Shown: positions 45,268 through 53,924, numbered from the stretch's first letter. The stretch is DNA of 64,000 bases from Bacilli bacterium (GCA_017651165.1 JAGCDH010000010.1:17658-81657); one strand, 5' to 3'. Numbers and translations are program-made. The notes: a model not told the origin generated them from the sequence alone.

Positions 45268-45343
45268 TGGTTGCGGAGGTAGGATTTGAACACTACGACC
45301 TCCAGGTTATGGGCCTGACGAGCTACCACTGCTCTACTCCGCG
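45268..45343 (-). tRNA. Initiator-type tRNA-fMet (anticodon CAT) with atypical features
   Basis: CGCGGAG...CTCCGCAACCA gives the C1xA72 mismatch typical of bacterial initiators. The anticodon arm is TCAGG-CCCATAA-CCTGG, with C at position 33 and only two G-C pairs next to the loop. The T-stem GTAG(T)G/CCTAC has one bulged nt. Confidence 0.7.
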
Positions 45344-45373
45344 ATCTCGCCCGGAGTTTGTCCAGGCAATTAA

Positions 45374-45550
45374 TTATTTGCGATTTTTGCGACGAGCGTT
45401 TTCACTCTTCACTTTTCTCTTAAGGGATTTCTTTAAGAAGAACTCTCTCTTACGAGCTTCTTGGATGGTACCAGCTTTATTGACTTGTCTTTTGAATCTA
45501 CGAAGAGCATCATCTAAGGTTTCGTTTTCACGAACTGAAGTCTTTGGCAT
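45374..45550 (-). CDS. rpsU: 30S ribosomal protein S21
   Basis: Below the ORF-track size cut-off. My translation is [58 protein letters not shown]. The Shine-Dalgarno is GGAGGTG. Confidence 0.9.
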   Translation of the reverse strand: MPKTSVRENETLDDALRRFKRQVNKAGTIQEARKREFFLKKSLKRKVKSENARRKNRK

Positions 45551-45624
45551 ATGTATTCACCTCCTTGAAGCTTTCGCAACGTGTCTATTATTACAAAGTA
45601 TAGTATTAAATGCAATACTAAAAA

Positions 45625-46263
45625 TTAAATAATTTTTGCACCACTTGAAGTGCCGATGCGATTAGCACCCGCTTCGACCATGGCAATGAGGTCTTCGTGT
45701 GTACGCACACCACCACTGGCTTTAACGCCCATTTCTGGACCGACTGTCTCTCTCATAAGTTTAACAGCGTGTACTGTCGCACCACCAGTTGAGAAACCAG
45801 TACTTGTTTTGACAAAATCCGCACCTGCGGCTTTTGCGGCTTTACAAGCTCTCACGATTTCTTCATCGCTTAATAAGCATGTTTCAATAATCACTTTTAA
45901 AACGATATTACGACCCACGGCTTGTTTAATTTCATAGATTTCTTCTTTGACGTAGTCATCATGGCCCGCTTTAAGCATACCAACATTGATGACCATATCG
46001 ACTTCTTGGGCACCTTCTTTGACCACTAAAACGGCTTCTTCCACTTTGGTTTTTGTGAGGTTCATTCCCAAAGGGAATCCGATAACGGTGCAAACCTTCA
46101 CATCAGAGCCTTTGAGACATTCAGCGGCTAATGGAACATAACCAGGATTAACGCAAACAGACATGAAATCAAATTGTTTGGCTTCTTCGCAAAGTTTAAC
46201 GATTTGTTCAGGCATCGCATCCTGCTTTAAAAGAGTATGATCGATTAATTTATTGTAGTTCAT
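45625..46263 (-). CDS. deoC: Deoxyribose-phosphate aldolase
   Basis: 212 aa. Motifs seen: IDHTLLK, VCVNP and DFVKTSTGF (Schiff-base Lys). Confidence 0.9.
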   Translation of the reverse strand: MNYNKLIDHTLLKQDAMPEQIVKLCEEAKQFDFMSVCVNPGYVPLAAECLKGSDVKVCTVIGFPLGMNLTKTKVEEAVLVVKEGAQEVDMVINVGMLKAGHDDYVKEEIYEIKQAVGRNIVLKVIIETCLLSDEEIVRACKAAKAAGADFVKTSTGFSTGGATVHAVKLMRETVGPEMGVKASGGVRTHEDLIAMVEAGANRIGTSSGAKII

Positions 46264-46294
46264 ATTATTTTCCTCGCTTGGTTATTATAACACA

Positions 46295-46319
46295 AAAGAA
46301 AAAGTCCATTTAAGGACTT
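46295..46319 (-). terminator. Intrinsic terminator after rpmF
   Basis: On the minus strand: AAGTCC-ttaaat-GGACTT followed by TTTCTTTT. Confidence 0.65.
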
Positions 46320-46337
46320 ATCTTCATTTAAGAAAAA

Positions 46338-46607
46338 TTACTTTTCTTCCGCTTTAGCGGCTTTCTTAGCTGGAGCTTTTTTGGCTGGAGCTTTCTTTGG
46401 TTGTTCAGCCTTCTTTTCTTCTTTCACTAATTTACCATTGAGATAAACTGGTTTACCAGCATAGTAGCCACATTTTGGACAAACGTGATGGGCTTTGATC
46501 ATCGCACCACATTGTGGGCAAGTAACTAAGCCTGTAACGTTTAACTTAAAGTGTGTTCTTCTTAATCTTTTTCTTGTTTTACTAATTCTTCTTTGTGGGA
46601 CGGCCAT
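46338..46607 (-). CDS. rpmF: 50S ribosomal protein L32 with a Lys/Ala-rich C-terminal extension
   Basis: The L32 core with a Cys4 zinc ribbon reads [49 protein letters not shown]. About 30 extra residues follow: [28 protein letters not shown]. Confidence 0.9.
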   Translation of the reverse strand: MAVPQRRISKTRKRLRRTHFKLNVTGLVTCPQCGAMIKAHHVCPKCGYYAGKPVYLNGKLVKEEKKAEQPKKAPAKKAPAKKAAKAEEK

Positions 46608-46700
46608 AGTGTCTTCCTCCTATTTAGCAACGGGAATTAGTATATATAAATAGTACTATTTAGTCAATAGATTTTTAGACATCTTCTAAACTATTGAAAT

Positions 46701-47978
46701 TTACTTCGATAGAATCATATCTTTTTGTAGTTTTACAGTAATAAACTGTCCTACTTTAGATTCCTTTAAAGGAATCTCCACACTGATATAATTACTGGTA
46801 TGACCAATATTTATACCTTTTTCTTGATCATATTTCTCAACAAGCACAGATACTTCTTGACCAATAAAACGATTAGCGAACTTTGTATAGAGCTTATCAG
46901 AGAGTTCTAGTAAGACCTTTGATCTTTGCTTTTTGACTTCAGGAGATATTTGCCCATCCATTCTAGCAGCGACAGTACCTGGTCTTAAAGAATATGGGAA
47001 GACATGAAGCATATCAAAACACTCTTCACACAGTTTATATGTTTCCATAAAGTCTTCATCGCTCTCTTGTGGGAAACCCACAATGACGTCACCAGAAATC
47101 ATCACATCTGGCACTAAGGCTTTAATCTTTTTAATCTTCTCAATAAACTGTTCTCTTGTGTATTTGCGGTTCATCAACTTCAAAACGTGATTAGAGCCCG
47201 CTTGTAAAGGGATGTGCAAATGTTTAGCGAGATTATCTTTCTCTTTCACAAGATTGATTAGTTCATCATCGATCTCACTTTCTTCTACTGAAGAAATTCT
47301 GAGACTTTTTAAGCCGTTGATATCTAATAGTTCTTTAACCAAAGATGAGAAAGAACAATCCTTTAAATCTTGACCATAACCACCGACATGGATACCAGAA
47401 AGAACAATTTCTTGATAACCTTGATCCACTAGATATTTAGCTTCTAGGAGGACGTTTTCTTTATTTCTAGAACGCATTTTGCCACGACGATATGGGACAA
47501 TGCAGTACGTACAGAAATTGTTGCAGCCATCTTGGATTTTAAGGAACGCTCTCACGTTTTCGGTATAGGAAGTGATACCCAATTCTTCATATTCAAAGTT
47601 ACGGGTGTTTTCTTCAATGATTGAATAACTACCACCTTCACTTAACGCTTTCTTAATTAGTGAGACAACATCCCTTCGATGTGATGTTCCTAAAAGAATA
47701 GTTGGTTTAATTTCATCCTTGATGAATTGATGGTTTCCTTGTGCGTAACAACCCATCACTGCGATAACAGCATGAGGGAATAGTTTCTGCATTTTTCGGA
47801 TGTGCTGTCTACTCTTTTGATCCGCGGTTGCGGTCACAGAACAGGTGTTAATTACCACCACGTCTGGGTTATTTTCATTTTCCACGAATCCTTCTTTAAT
47901 GAGCAACGATGAAATAGCGCTTAATTCATAAGCGTTAACTTTACAGCCTAAGTTATAGGTAAAAAATGATTTACTCAT
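46701..47978 (-). CDS. mtaB: tRNA methylthiotransferase, MtaB-like (MiaB family radical SAM)
   Basis: The N-terminus is YNLGCKVNAYE, the radical-SAM motif is CNNFCTYC, and a TRAM domain follows. The context with rsmE matches the Bacillus yqeU-yqeV arrangement. Confidence 0.8.
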   Translation of the reverse strand: MSKSFFTYNLGCKVNAYELSAISSLLIKEGFVENENNPDVVVINTCSVTATADQKSRQHIRKMQKLFPHAVIAVMGCYAQGNHQFIKDEIKPTILLGTSHRRDVVSLIKKALSEGGSYSIIEENTRNFEYEELGITSYTENVRAFLKIQDGCNNFCTYCIVPYRRGKMRSRNKENVLLEAKYLVDQGYQEIVLSGIHVGGYGQDLKDCSFSSLVKELLDINGLKSLRISSVEESEIDDELINLVKEKDNLAKHLHIPLQAGSNHVLKLMNRKYTREQFIEKIKKIKALVPDVMISGDVIVGFPQESDEDFMETYKLCEECFDMLHVFPYSLRPGTVAARMDGQISPEVKKQRSKVLLELSDKLYTKFANRFIGQEVSVLVEKYDQEKGINIGHTSNYISVEIPLKESKVGQFITVKLQKDMILSK

Positions 47979-48757
47979 AGTTTAGCCCAATCATGGAATC
48001 TAATGAGATGTAACATGTGTAAGGACATAAAGCCTTGTTCACGTAACGCTCTTAAGAAAGCCTCACGGTCAAAAGCGAAATATGCGTCAATAACAGGTTT
48101 AATCCTTTCCAACATATGTGAATATTTAGGATGTCTAATGTAGCGGTCAAAGAGAACTACACTAGCGTCGAGACGGCCTTGTTCATTGACAAAGTAAATA
48201 GTATTGGTGTCGTAATGGAAGAAAGCGGTTTCTTTCCCGTCTTGTTGTACTTTCACTAAACGTGAATAATGCGAGTTGTATAATTCACTTCCATAAGTAT
48301 CAAATGGATCAATAACTGTATCTTTAAAGTTATCCGCTAAACCATCATATGGATAAGTTAATAACTTCTCTGGTTCATCGTTATATATTTGATTCAATGA
48401 ACGAGTGAAGAAAGGAATAAAGATTTTATCTTTACCTTCTTGATAATATGGTAACTCCGTAATGATTTCGTGATATGATTTCACAAATTGAGCGTGATTC
48501 TTTTTATTACTGGTATTGATATAGCCACTTAGACTTTTGACTTCTTCTTCCATCTTTGTTTTGTTTAAGTAGGCTTGCAAAATGATGTTAGCCCTCATCA
48601 CTTCAAAAGGATCGATATCTGCATCATAAAAGTGCACAAAGCGCGGTATCTTTGTTAAAAGATGTCTGTTCTCTAAAAAGAAGCGAAATTCTTCGCTTTT
48701 CTCAAAGCCTTTTCTTTTTTTGGCCTTTCTAGCGATGTAATCAAAGAGCCTTTTCAT
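47975..48757 (-). CDS. Hypothetical protein inserted between rsmE and mtaB
   Basis: 260-aa ORF. It overlaps both neighbours (17 nt and 4 nt). No family recognised. Confidence 0.55.
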   Translation of the reverse strand: MKRLFDYIARKAKKRKGFEKSEEFRFFLENRHLLTKIPRFVHFYDADIDPFEVMRANIILQAYLNKTKMEEEVKSLSGYINTSNKKNHAQFVKSYHEIITELPYYQEGKDKIFIPFFTRSLNQIYNDEPEKLLTYPYDGLADNFKDTVIDPFDTYGSELYNSHYSRLVKVQQDGKETAFFHYDTNTIYFVNEQGRLDASVVLFDRYIRHPKYSHMLERIKPVIDAYFAFDREAFLRALREQGFMSLHMLHLIRFHDWAKL

Positions 48758-49466
48758 TTTCTAATAAATATCCTAGCACACTTAAGGCATAAATGGCGGC
48801 GGTTTCTGCGCGTAGTATTCTTTTTCCTAAGGATGTCCTAATAAAACCAAGTTTAGTGACTTCATTAATCTCTTGTTCACTAAAGCCACCTTCTGGGCCA
48901 ATAAGAATAGAGATTGATTTGCCTTTCTTTAATCCCTCGAATGATTCGTTAACTTTTGAAGCGTCCTTTTCATAGGCCACATAATTAAGATCGCTAAAAG
49001 CTTCTTTTGGTAGTTGTTTGAGATTATAGATTCCTAAGAACTCTGGAACGATTAAACGATGTGATTGTTCGCTGGCTTCTTTCATAATCTTTTTGAAGCG
49101 AAGTGATTTCTTTTCTAGGTCTTTGTTATCGTATTTAACGACCGTTCTTTCGCTTTCGATGAGAGCGACTTTTTTCACACCTAGTTCTGTCGCTTTTTGT
49201 AAAACTAAATCGATTTTATCACCCTTTGTTAGAGCGAATAATAATGTCACGTCCTCGCTAATTTCGACATCAGAGGCAATTTCATGAATCATAGAAATGG
49301 TTAAAGGATTAGTGTTATCAAGACGACACAAAAAGAGTTTTTGATTGTCCACTACTTCAATTTCATCGCCTTTTTTCATGCGCATCACATGTAAAACATG
49401 GTGCTCATCATCGGCGGTTAGATGAACGAAATAATTTTGATCAATAGAAGCAAAGTAACGTTGCAT
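48741..49466 (-). CDS. rsmE: 16S rRNA (uracil1498-N3)-methyltransferase RsmE
   Basis: 241 aa. It has the MQRYF N-terminus, a PUA-like N-domain and a SPOUT C-domain (LIGPEGGFSEQE). Confidence 0.85.
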   Translation of the reverse strand: MQRYFASIDQNYFVHLTADDEHHVLHVMRMKKGDEIEVVDNQKLFLCRLDNTNPLTISMIHEIASDVEISEDVTLLFALTKGDKIDLVLQKATELGVKKVALIESERTVVKYDNKDLEKKSLRFKKIMKEASEQSHRLIVPEFLGIYNLKQLPKEAFSDLNYVAYEKDASKVNESFEGLKKGKSISILIGPEGGFSEQEINEVTKLGFIRTSLGKRILRAETAAIYALSVLGYLLENEKAL

Positions 49467-49906
49467 TAAACAACGAATTCTCCTTCACCATCTTTGAGAT
49501 TTTGTTTGAAGAAATATGCTAAACCCACGATGGAGTTAATTAAATACACTGATAAAGCTGGGATAAGAATGGATAAAACAATACCCGCTTTAGCCGCTAA
49601 TAAAAGAATGAATAATAAGCCAGCAATAAAAGAGACATTGGCTAAAAGCCAAATTAAGCCTAAAACTGCCTTTTTGATATAGAAGAACATCGCACCAGTA
49701 AAGCCAACTAAGATTGCTAATAAGAGCATCTTTTTACGACGTCTCACCACTTTTTGGCCAGGAGTAAAACCACTCATATCAATTTGTGATGTGATGTCGA
49801 TTGTTTCGGTACTGACACCCTCAAGTGGCTTTTTCGTACCACACACTGGACAGATATCAGAATCGAATTTAGTTAAACGTGCTCCACAGTTACGACAGCT
49901 TGGCAT
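49466..49906 (-). CDS. Zinc-ribbon plus TM2-like membrane protein
   Basis: The zinc ribbon reads CRNCGARL...CPVCG. Three hydrophobic helices follow, with GFTGAMFFYIKK resembling a TM2 domain. Confidence 0.5.
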   Translation of the reverse strand: MPSCRNCGARLTKFDSDICPVCGTKKPLEGVSTETIDITSQIDMSGFTPGQKVVRRRKKMLLLAILVGFTGAMFFYIKKAVLGLIWLLANVSFIAGLLFILLLAAKAGIVLSILIPALSVYLINSIVGLAYFFKQNLKDGEGEFVV

Positions 49907-50020
49907 ATTTTACCTCTTGCTATATCTTAATATTTATCGCTTTATTTTGCATTAAAATTATTAATTTTATAAACAACGGAAAAATATTAATCATAATCTC
50001 CATTTTTTTGCATAATTGTA

Positions 50021-50049
50021 TTGTCAACGCGAATTCTTTTCTATATAAT
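50021..50049 (+). promoter_or_regulatory. Sigma-70-type promoter for tRNA-Met
   Basis: TTGTCA, a 17-nt spacer, then TATAAT, lying 30 nt upstream of the tRNA 5' end. Confidence 0.65.
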
Positions 50050-50078
50050 TAGAAATCGCCTGCTAAAAGTGGGCAGAT

Positions 50079-50155
50079 GGCTGGATAGCTCAGCTGGCTA
50101 GAGCAATCGGTTCATACCCGGTCGGTCGACGGTTCGAATCCGCCTCCAGCTACCA
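50079..50155 (+). tRNA. Elongator tRNA-Met (anticodon CAT)
   Basis: The anticodon arm ATCGG-TTCATAC-CCGGT resembles Bacillus elongator Met. The T-loop is TTCGAAT and CCA is encoded. It has a G1-T72 wobble and an AxC mismatch in the T-stem. Confidence 0.8.
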
Positions 50156-50165
50156 ATCGTTTATT

Positions 50166-50195
50166 ACCCACTCACAAACGAGTGGGTTTTTATTT
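50166..50195 (+). terminator. Intrinsic terminator after tRNA-Met
   Basis: ACCCACTC-acaaac-GAGTGGGT followed by TTTTATTT. Confidence 0.8.
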
Positions 50196-50221
50196 GTCCA
50201 AAAGAGGCATACAATAAGGGT

Positions 50222-51961
50222 ATGATTAAAATAAAACAGGTTATTTTACTTTCAGTTATTTCTTTGCTCGTACCTAGCTGTGGGAAGACGTCTTCTGGTG
50301 AATCTAATTCCACTATTTCTTCTAGTATAGAAGAATGTAGACACACCAATTTGAGCGAAGAAGAAGTTATCAAAGAACCATCAATTATTGAAAATGGTTT
50401 ATACAAACGCCATTGCCTTTCTTGTGGTGAAGAGTTTGAAAGATCTACTTATAAGTTAGACGAATATGTTTTTGAAGATGCCTACTTTATGTATGATGAG
50501 CAGCCCCATGAAGTATTAATCAAAGGCATGATTCCTTATGGCACCACTGTTGAATATGAGAATAATTCATTAACAGCAATTGGCGAAAAAGAAGCCACTG
50601 CCAAGATTTACGATAAGGACCATCAATTATTAGAAACTAAAAAGGCCACTATTCACATTATTGAGAATACAGGTTTCCCAAATATCTATATCGACACTAA
50701 TGGAGTGGAAATCCAAGATAAAGAAAACTATGTTGATATGAAATTAAGCACCACAAACTGCGATAGCAAGTATGTGGTTAATGAATTATTAGGCGGTATC
50801 CGTTTTAGAGGTAACGGCACGATGACCTATCCAAAGAAAGCCTATCGTGTGAAGTTTAATAGCAAAGTTAATTTATTAGGTTTGAACGATCAGGCTAAAG
50901 CAAAGAGCTGGGTTTTACTCGCTGATTACGCTGATCAATCAATGATGAGAAATGCCTCGGCTTTATATATGGGTAATTCCTTACTTAATTATTCAAATAA
51001 TTACGCTTCTGATTATAAGCATGTAAATGTTTATATGAATAACGAATATGTGGGTGTCTATTTACTTGCGGAACAGCAACAAGCTAACACCAATCGCGTG
51101 AAGATTAATGAAGCGGATAAAGACTATACAGGTACTGATATTGGCTATCTTTTAGAGTTGGATAGCTATGCTAAACAAGAAGATTATTACTTTGAAATTG
51201 GTAAAGACTATGGTGATACTGTGAAAGGGGTCAATCTTCCTAAAAAAGCCTATTCTATCAAGACCGATGTCTATGATACCGCACAAGTGAACTATGCAAA
51301 GAAGTATTTAGGCAATGTCTATAGCGCTTTTATGAAAGCGGTCAATGGACAAGGCTTATTTGTTTTAAATGATAACCACGACTTAGTGGCCTCTCCATAT
51401 GACAACCAATTTGACACTCTTAATTCAATGATTGATTTAGAGTCAGTTTTTAAGATGTATGTCTTACACGAACTCATCAAAACTGTCGATGTTGGTTTCT
51501 CTTCTTTCTATATGTTTGTGGACTTCTCCTCTACATCAATTTATCCAAGGCTCACCTTTGGTGCGCCATGGGATTTTGACTGGAGCAGCGGTAATGTTAA
51601 TGAATCACCATACACCACTTCTCAAGGCGAATATAACAGCACAAACTTTGGTCACTTGAATCCTTGGTTCTTCATGCTCTCTAAGACCGATTTCTTCCTT
51701 CCTCTAGTGAAGAAATACTATAAGGTATTCATTGATTCAGGTATCTTAACTGGTGCGATTAATCAGGCTAATTATGAAGCGGTAGCTTTTAAAGATGAAT
51801 TCGCTCATAACTATGAGAAATGGCAAACATTAGGCACTATTATTTATAAGTACACTCCAGACTCTGTGAAATCATTTAAAGTTCATAAAGATGCAGTTGA
51901 TTCATTTGTGAACTGGTTAAACAAAAGAAAAGCCTCAGTTGATACATACTTCGGATCATAA
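50222..51961 (+). CDS. CotH kinase family protein, predicted lipoprotein
   Basis: MIKIKQVILLSVISLLVPSCGKT carries the lipobox. A short Cys-containing module follows (ECRHT...EPSIIENGLYKRHCLSCGEEF). CotH-like core motifs are GGIRFRGNGT, KKAYRVKF and WVLLADYADQSMMRN. Confidence 0.7.
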   Translation: MIKIKQVILLSVISLLVPSCGKTSSGESNSTISSSIEECRHTNLSEEEVIKEPSIIENGLYKRHCLSCGEEFERSTYKLDEYVFEDAYFMYDEQPHEVLIKGMIPYGTTVEYENNSLTAIGEKEATAKIYDKDHQLLETKKATIHIIENTGFPNIYIDTNGVEIQDKENYVDMKLSTTNCDSKYVVNELLGGIRFRGNGTMTYPKKAYRVKFNSKVNLLGLNDQAKAKSWVLLADYADQSMMRNASALYMGNSLLNYSNNYASDYKHVNVYMNNEYVGVYLLAEQQQANTNRVKINEADKDYTGTDIGYLLELDSYAKQEDYYFEIGKDYGDTVKGVNLPKKAYSIKTDVYDTAQVNYAKKYLGNVYSAFMKAVNGQGLFVLNDNHDLVASPYDNQFDTLNSMIDLESVFKMYVLHELIKTVDVGFSSFYMFVDFSSTSIYPRLTFGAPWDFDWSSGNVNESPYTTSQGEYNSTNFGHLNPWFFMLSKTDFFLPLVKKYYKVFIDSGILTGAINQANYEAVAFKDEFAHNYEKWQTLGTIIYKYTPDSVKSFKVHKDAVDSFVNWLNKRKASVDTYFGS

Positions 51962-51963
51962 AT

Positions 51964-51995
51964 AAAAGCTCCCTAATTGGGAGCATTTTTATTTT
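51964..51995. terminator. Bidirectional terminator (CotH gene / tRNA-Ser)
   Basis: GCTCCC-taatt-GGGAGC followed by ATTTTTATTTT. On the other strand it is followed by TTTTATT. Confidence 0.75.
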
Positions 51996-51998
51996 GCT

Positions 51999-52089
51999 TG
52001 GCGGAGAATTAGGGATTCGAACCCTAGCAGGACTTGCATCCTCTATCGGTTTTCAAGACCGACCCCTTCAACCGCTTGGGTAATTCTCC
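51999..52089 (-). tRNA. tRNA-Ser (anticodon TGA), class II with a long variable arm
   Basis: GGAGAAT...ATTCTCCGCCA, anticodon loop CTTGAAA, a 19-nt variable arm and T-arm TAGGG-TTCGAAT-CCCTA. Confidence 0.9.
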
Positions 52090-52160
52090 ATTTTTGGTCG
52101 CGTAAATAACATTACCACTATTTCGTGGTGAGATAAATAAATATTTAAGAAAAATAACCA

Positions 52161-53294
52161 CTAGCGTCTTCGACGGTCATTACCACTTTGTTGGTAATAG
52201 TGTTCTTTATCTGAATACATGAGTTGTTCAGCTTTTTTAAGCGCTACTTCGTAAGGGATGTTTTCATTTCTATTAACAAAGTAATAACCAATAGCGATTG
52301 AATACTCTGTTTCTTCCACGGCTAATCTAATCGCATTCACAGTTGCTTCTAAGGCTTCGTTTTTGCCTTGGAACATCAAGATTAAGAACTCATCACCACT
52401 TAAGTGGTAAACACACATTTCAGCGTTTTGAATACTGTTTTCTAAAATACGACCAACAGTTAGAAGAGCCTTATCACCAGCGTCATGACCATAATTATCA
52501 TTGAGGTTTTTTAATCCGTTAACATCGATTTGGATGACGCCTTTAATTTGGCTTTTAAATCTTGCCACATCTTCATAATATGTGCGGCGGTCATATAAGT
52601 TAGTCAGAGGATCTCTTGAAGAGTTAACCGATAAGATGAAGATATAGTTAATCATCATGCAAATACCACAGACGACATTAAGTAAATCGCTTCTTTTTGC
52701 TAAAACCTCTGTTAAAACAGTGACAAAGATAATCGCTACACAGATGATTAAAACAATACCATCACGGCGATGTTTGCCTTGGAAACGCATTGTGGAGACA
52801 TAGACAAGAATGCCTAAATAGAAAAGCGAAATAGCGTGAGAGGTGAAATTAAGGAATGTACCTCTATTGAATGTCGCGGTGCCGTCTCCAACTGCTTCAT
52901 AATAGAAAACGAGTTCTCTAAAAGCAGGCACTCCCATAAATAAAGGAATGAGATAAATAATGAGATTTATTCCTAATGGAATAATCGTGAGAAGATAGAA
53001 CGCTCTAGTTCTCTTATATTCCATATTAGCAAGCAAGATGAAAATGAATAATAAACTTGGCCTTAATATATAGCCCAAAGAGGTAAAGATAGTACCCACT
53101 ACCACATAACCCATTCTTTGGGAATACTTTTCCATTTCAACGACAACAGAAAGAATGACAAGAATTGTGGAGAAGGCTAAGAAATAAAGGCTTTCTCTTC
53201 TTCTTAATCTAAGATTTCTAAAGGCGATATAAATCATTACCGCACAGATAGAAAAAAGAGGAATGTTGTTGGCTAAATATCTAAATATTTCCAT
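52161..53294 (-). CDS. Polytopic membrane diguanylate cyclase (GGDEF domain with SGDEF motif)
   Basis: 377 aa with about 7 TM. The C-terminal GGDEF domain has NDNYGHDAGD and LSGDEF. Confidence 0.8.
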   Translation of the reverse strand: MEIFRYLANNIPLFSICAVMIYIAFRNLRLRRRESLYFLAFSTILVILSVVVEMEKYSQRMGYVVVGTIFTSLGYILRPSLLFIFILLANMEYKRTRAFYLLTIIPLGINLIIYLIPLFMGVPAFRELVFYYEAVGDGTATFNRGTFLNFTSHAISLFYLGILVYVSTMRFQGKHRRDGIVLIICVAIIFVTVLTEVLAKRSDLLNVVCGICMMINYIFILSVNSSRDPLTNLYDRRTYYEDVARFKSQIKGVIQIDVNGLKNLNDNYGHDAGDKALLTVGRILENSIQNAEMCVYHLSGDEFLILMFQGKNEALEATVNAIRLAVEETEYSIAIGYYFVNRNENIPYEVALKKAEQLMYSDKEHYYQQSGNDRRRR

Positions 53295-53345
53295 TGGATG
53301 TGGTTATTTTAGCAAAATTCAGCTAAATATACTATAAAAAAGATA

Positions 53346-53370
53346 ATAAAAAAGCCGTCAGTAACGGCTT
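53346..53370 (-). terminator. Intrinsic terminator after the tRNA (CAT)
   Basis: On the minus strand: AAGCCGT-tactg-ACGGCTT followed by TTTTTATT. Confidence 0.75.
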
Positions 53371-53379
53371 ATAGTCTGT

Positions 53380-53456
53380 TGGTGGACCATCCAGGACTTG
53401 AACCCGGAACATAACGGTTATGGGCCGTCCACTCTAACCGATTGAGTTAATGGTCC
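53380..53456 (-). tRNA. tRNA with CAT anticodon, tRNA-Ile2 (lysidine)-like
   Basis: GGACCAT...ATGGTCCACCA. The anticodon arm GACGG-CCCATAA-CCGTT resembles Bacillus tRNA-Ile(CAU) but has C at position 33. The T-arm is CCGGG-TTCAAGT-CCTGG. Confidence 0.75.
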
Positions 53457-53471
53457 ATAAAGGGGGTTTAA

Positions 53472-53723
53472 TTAACCCTTAAGACCACGTGATTGACGAT
53501 CCATGTCTTCGACAACGATGTCAAAGATTTCGCCTAAGGTTGCACAATGTGATAATAAATCCCATGGTTCATTGGTGTGGAAGTGAATCTTAATCATTTC
53601 TTCATCACCAACGCAGATGAGGGAATCACCTTTCATGTTCTCTAAAATCCAATCGGTGATTTCGTCTTCGTCTAAACCTTGACCTTCAATTAAAAGTTGT
53701 GTGTCATAACGATACTGTAACAT
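53472..53723 (-). CDS. Stand-alone 83-aa protein resembling the middle domain of fatty-acid kinase FakA (DAK2/YloV family)
   Basis: GDSLICVGDEEMIKIHFHTNEPWDLL...GEIFDIVVEDMDRQ matches the FakA pattern GDSL.VV.D...vKVHVHT..PG......G.L...KieNM..Q. It has its own Shine-Dalgarno (GGAGGAAAA). Confidence 0.55.
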   Translation of the reverse strand: MLQYRYDTQLLIEGQGLDEDEITDWILENMKGDSLICVGDEEMIKIHFHTNEPWDLLSHCATLGEIFDIVVEDMDRQSRGLKG

Positions 53724-53737
53724 AGTTTTTCCTCCAA

Positions 53738-53766
53738 CTTATATCTTTGATATATTGACGTGTCAA
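53738..53766 (-). promoter_or_regulatory. Putative promoter of the FakA-fragment gene
   Basis: On the minus strand: TTGACA, a 17-nt spacer, then TATAAG. Confidence 0.5.
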
Positions 53767-53784
53767 ACACGGTCTTAACTATTC

Positions 53785-53860
53785 TGGTGGATCCGACGAG
53801 AATCGAACTCGCTACCTCCTGAATGCAAATCAGGCGCTCTCCCAGGTGAGCTACGGACCC
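53785..53860 (-). tRNA. tRNA-Ala (anticodon TGC)
   Basis: GGGTCCG/CGGATCC acceptor with the G3-T70 identity pair. Anticodon loop TTTGCAT and T-arm GCGAG-TTCGATT-CTCGT. Confidence 0.9.
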
Positions 53861-53924
53861 AAAACGCTGTTTGATTAAACAGCATTTAATACATTAACAA
53901 GTTTATTTGCTATTAGCAAGATTT

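Noticed and set aside
45267-45632. 121-aa plus-strand ORF.
   Set aside because: It overlaps the initiator-like tRNA and lies antisense to rpsU, and it has no Shine-Dalgarno. Similarly, 7855..8145 overlaps tRNA-Thr and 25093..25371 overlaps the end of the 25169..26329 gene.
53751-53766. The near-palindrome TTGACGTGTCAA as an Fnr/Crp-type operator.
   Set aside because: The half-site spacing (2 nt) does not fit Fnr (TTGAT-N4-ATCAA) or Crp geometry. It is more simply explained as the TTGACA -35 element of the minus-strand promoter.
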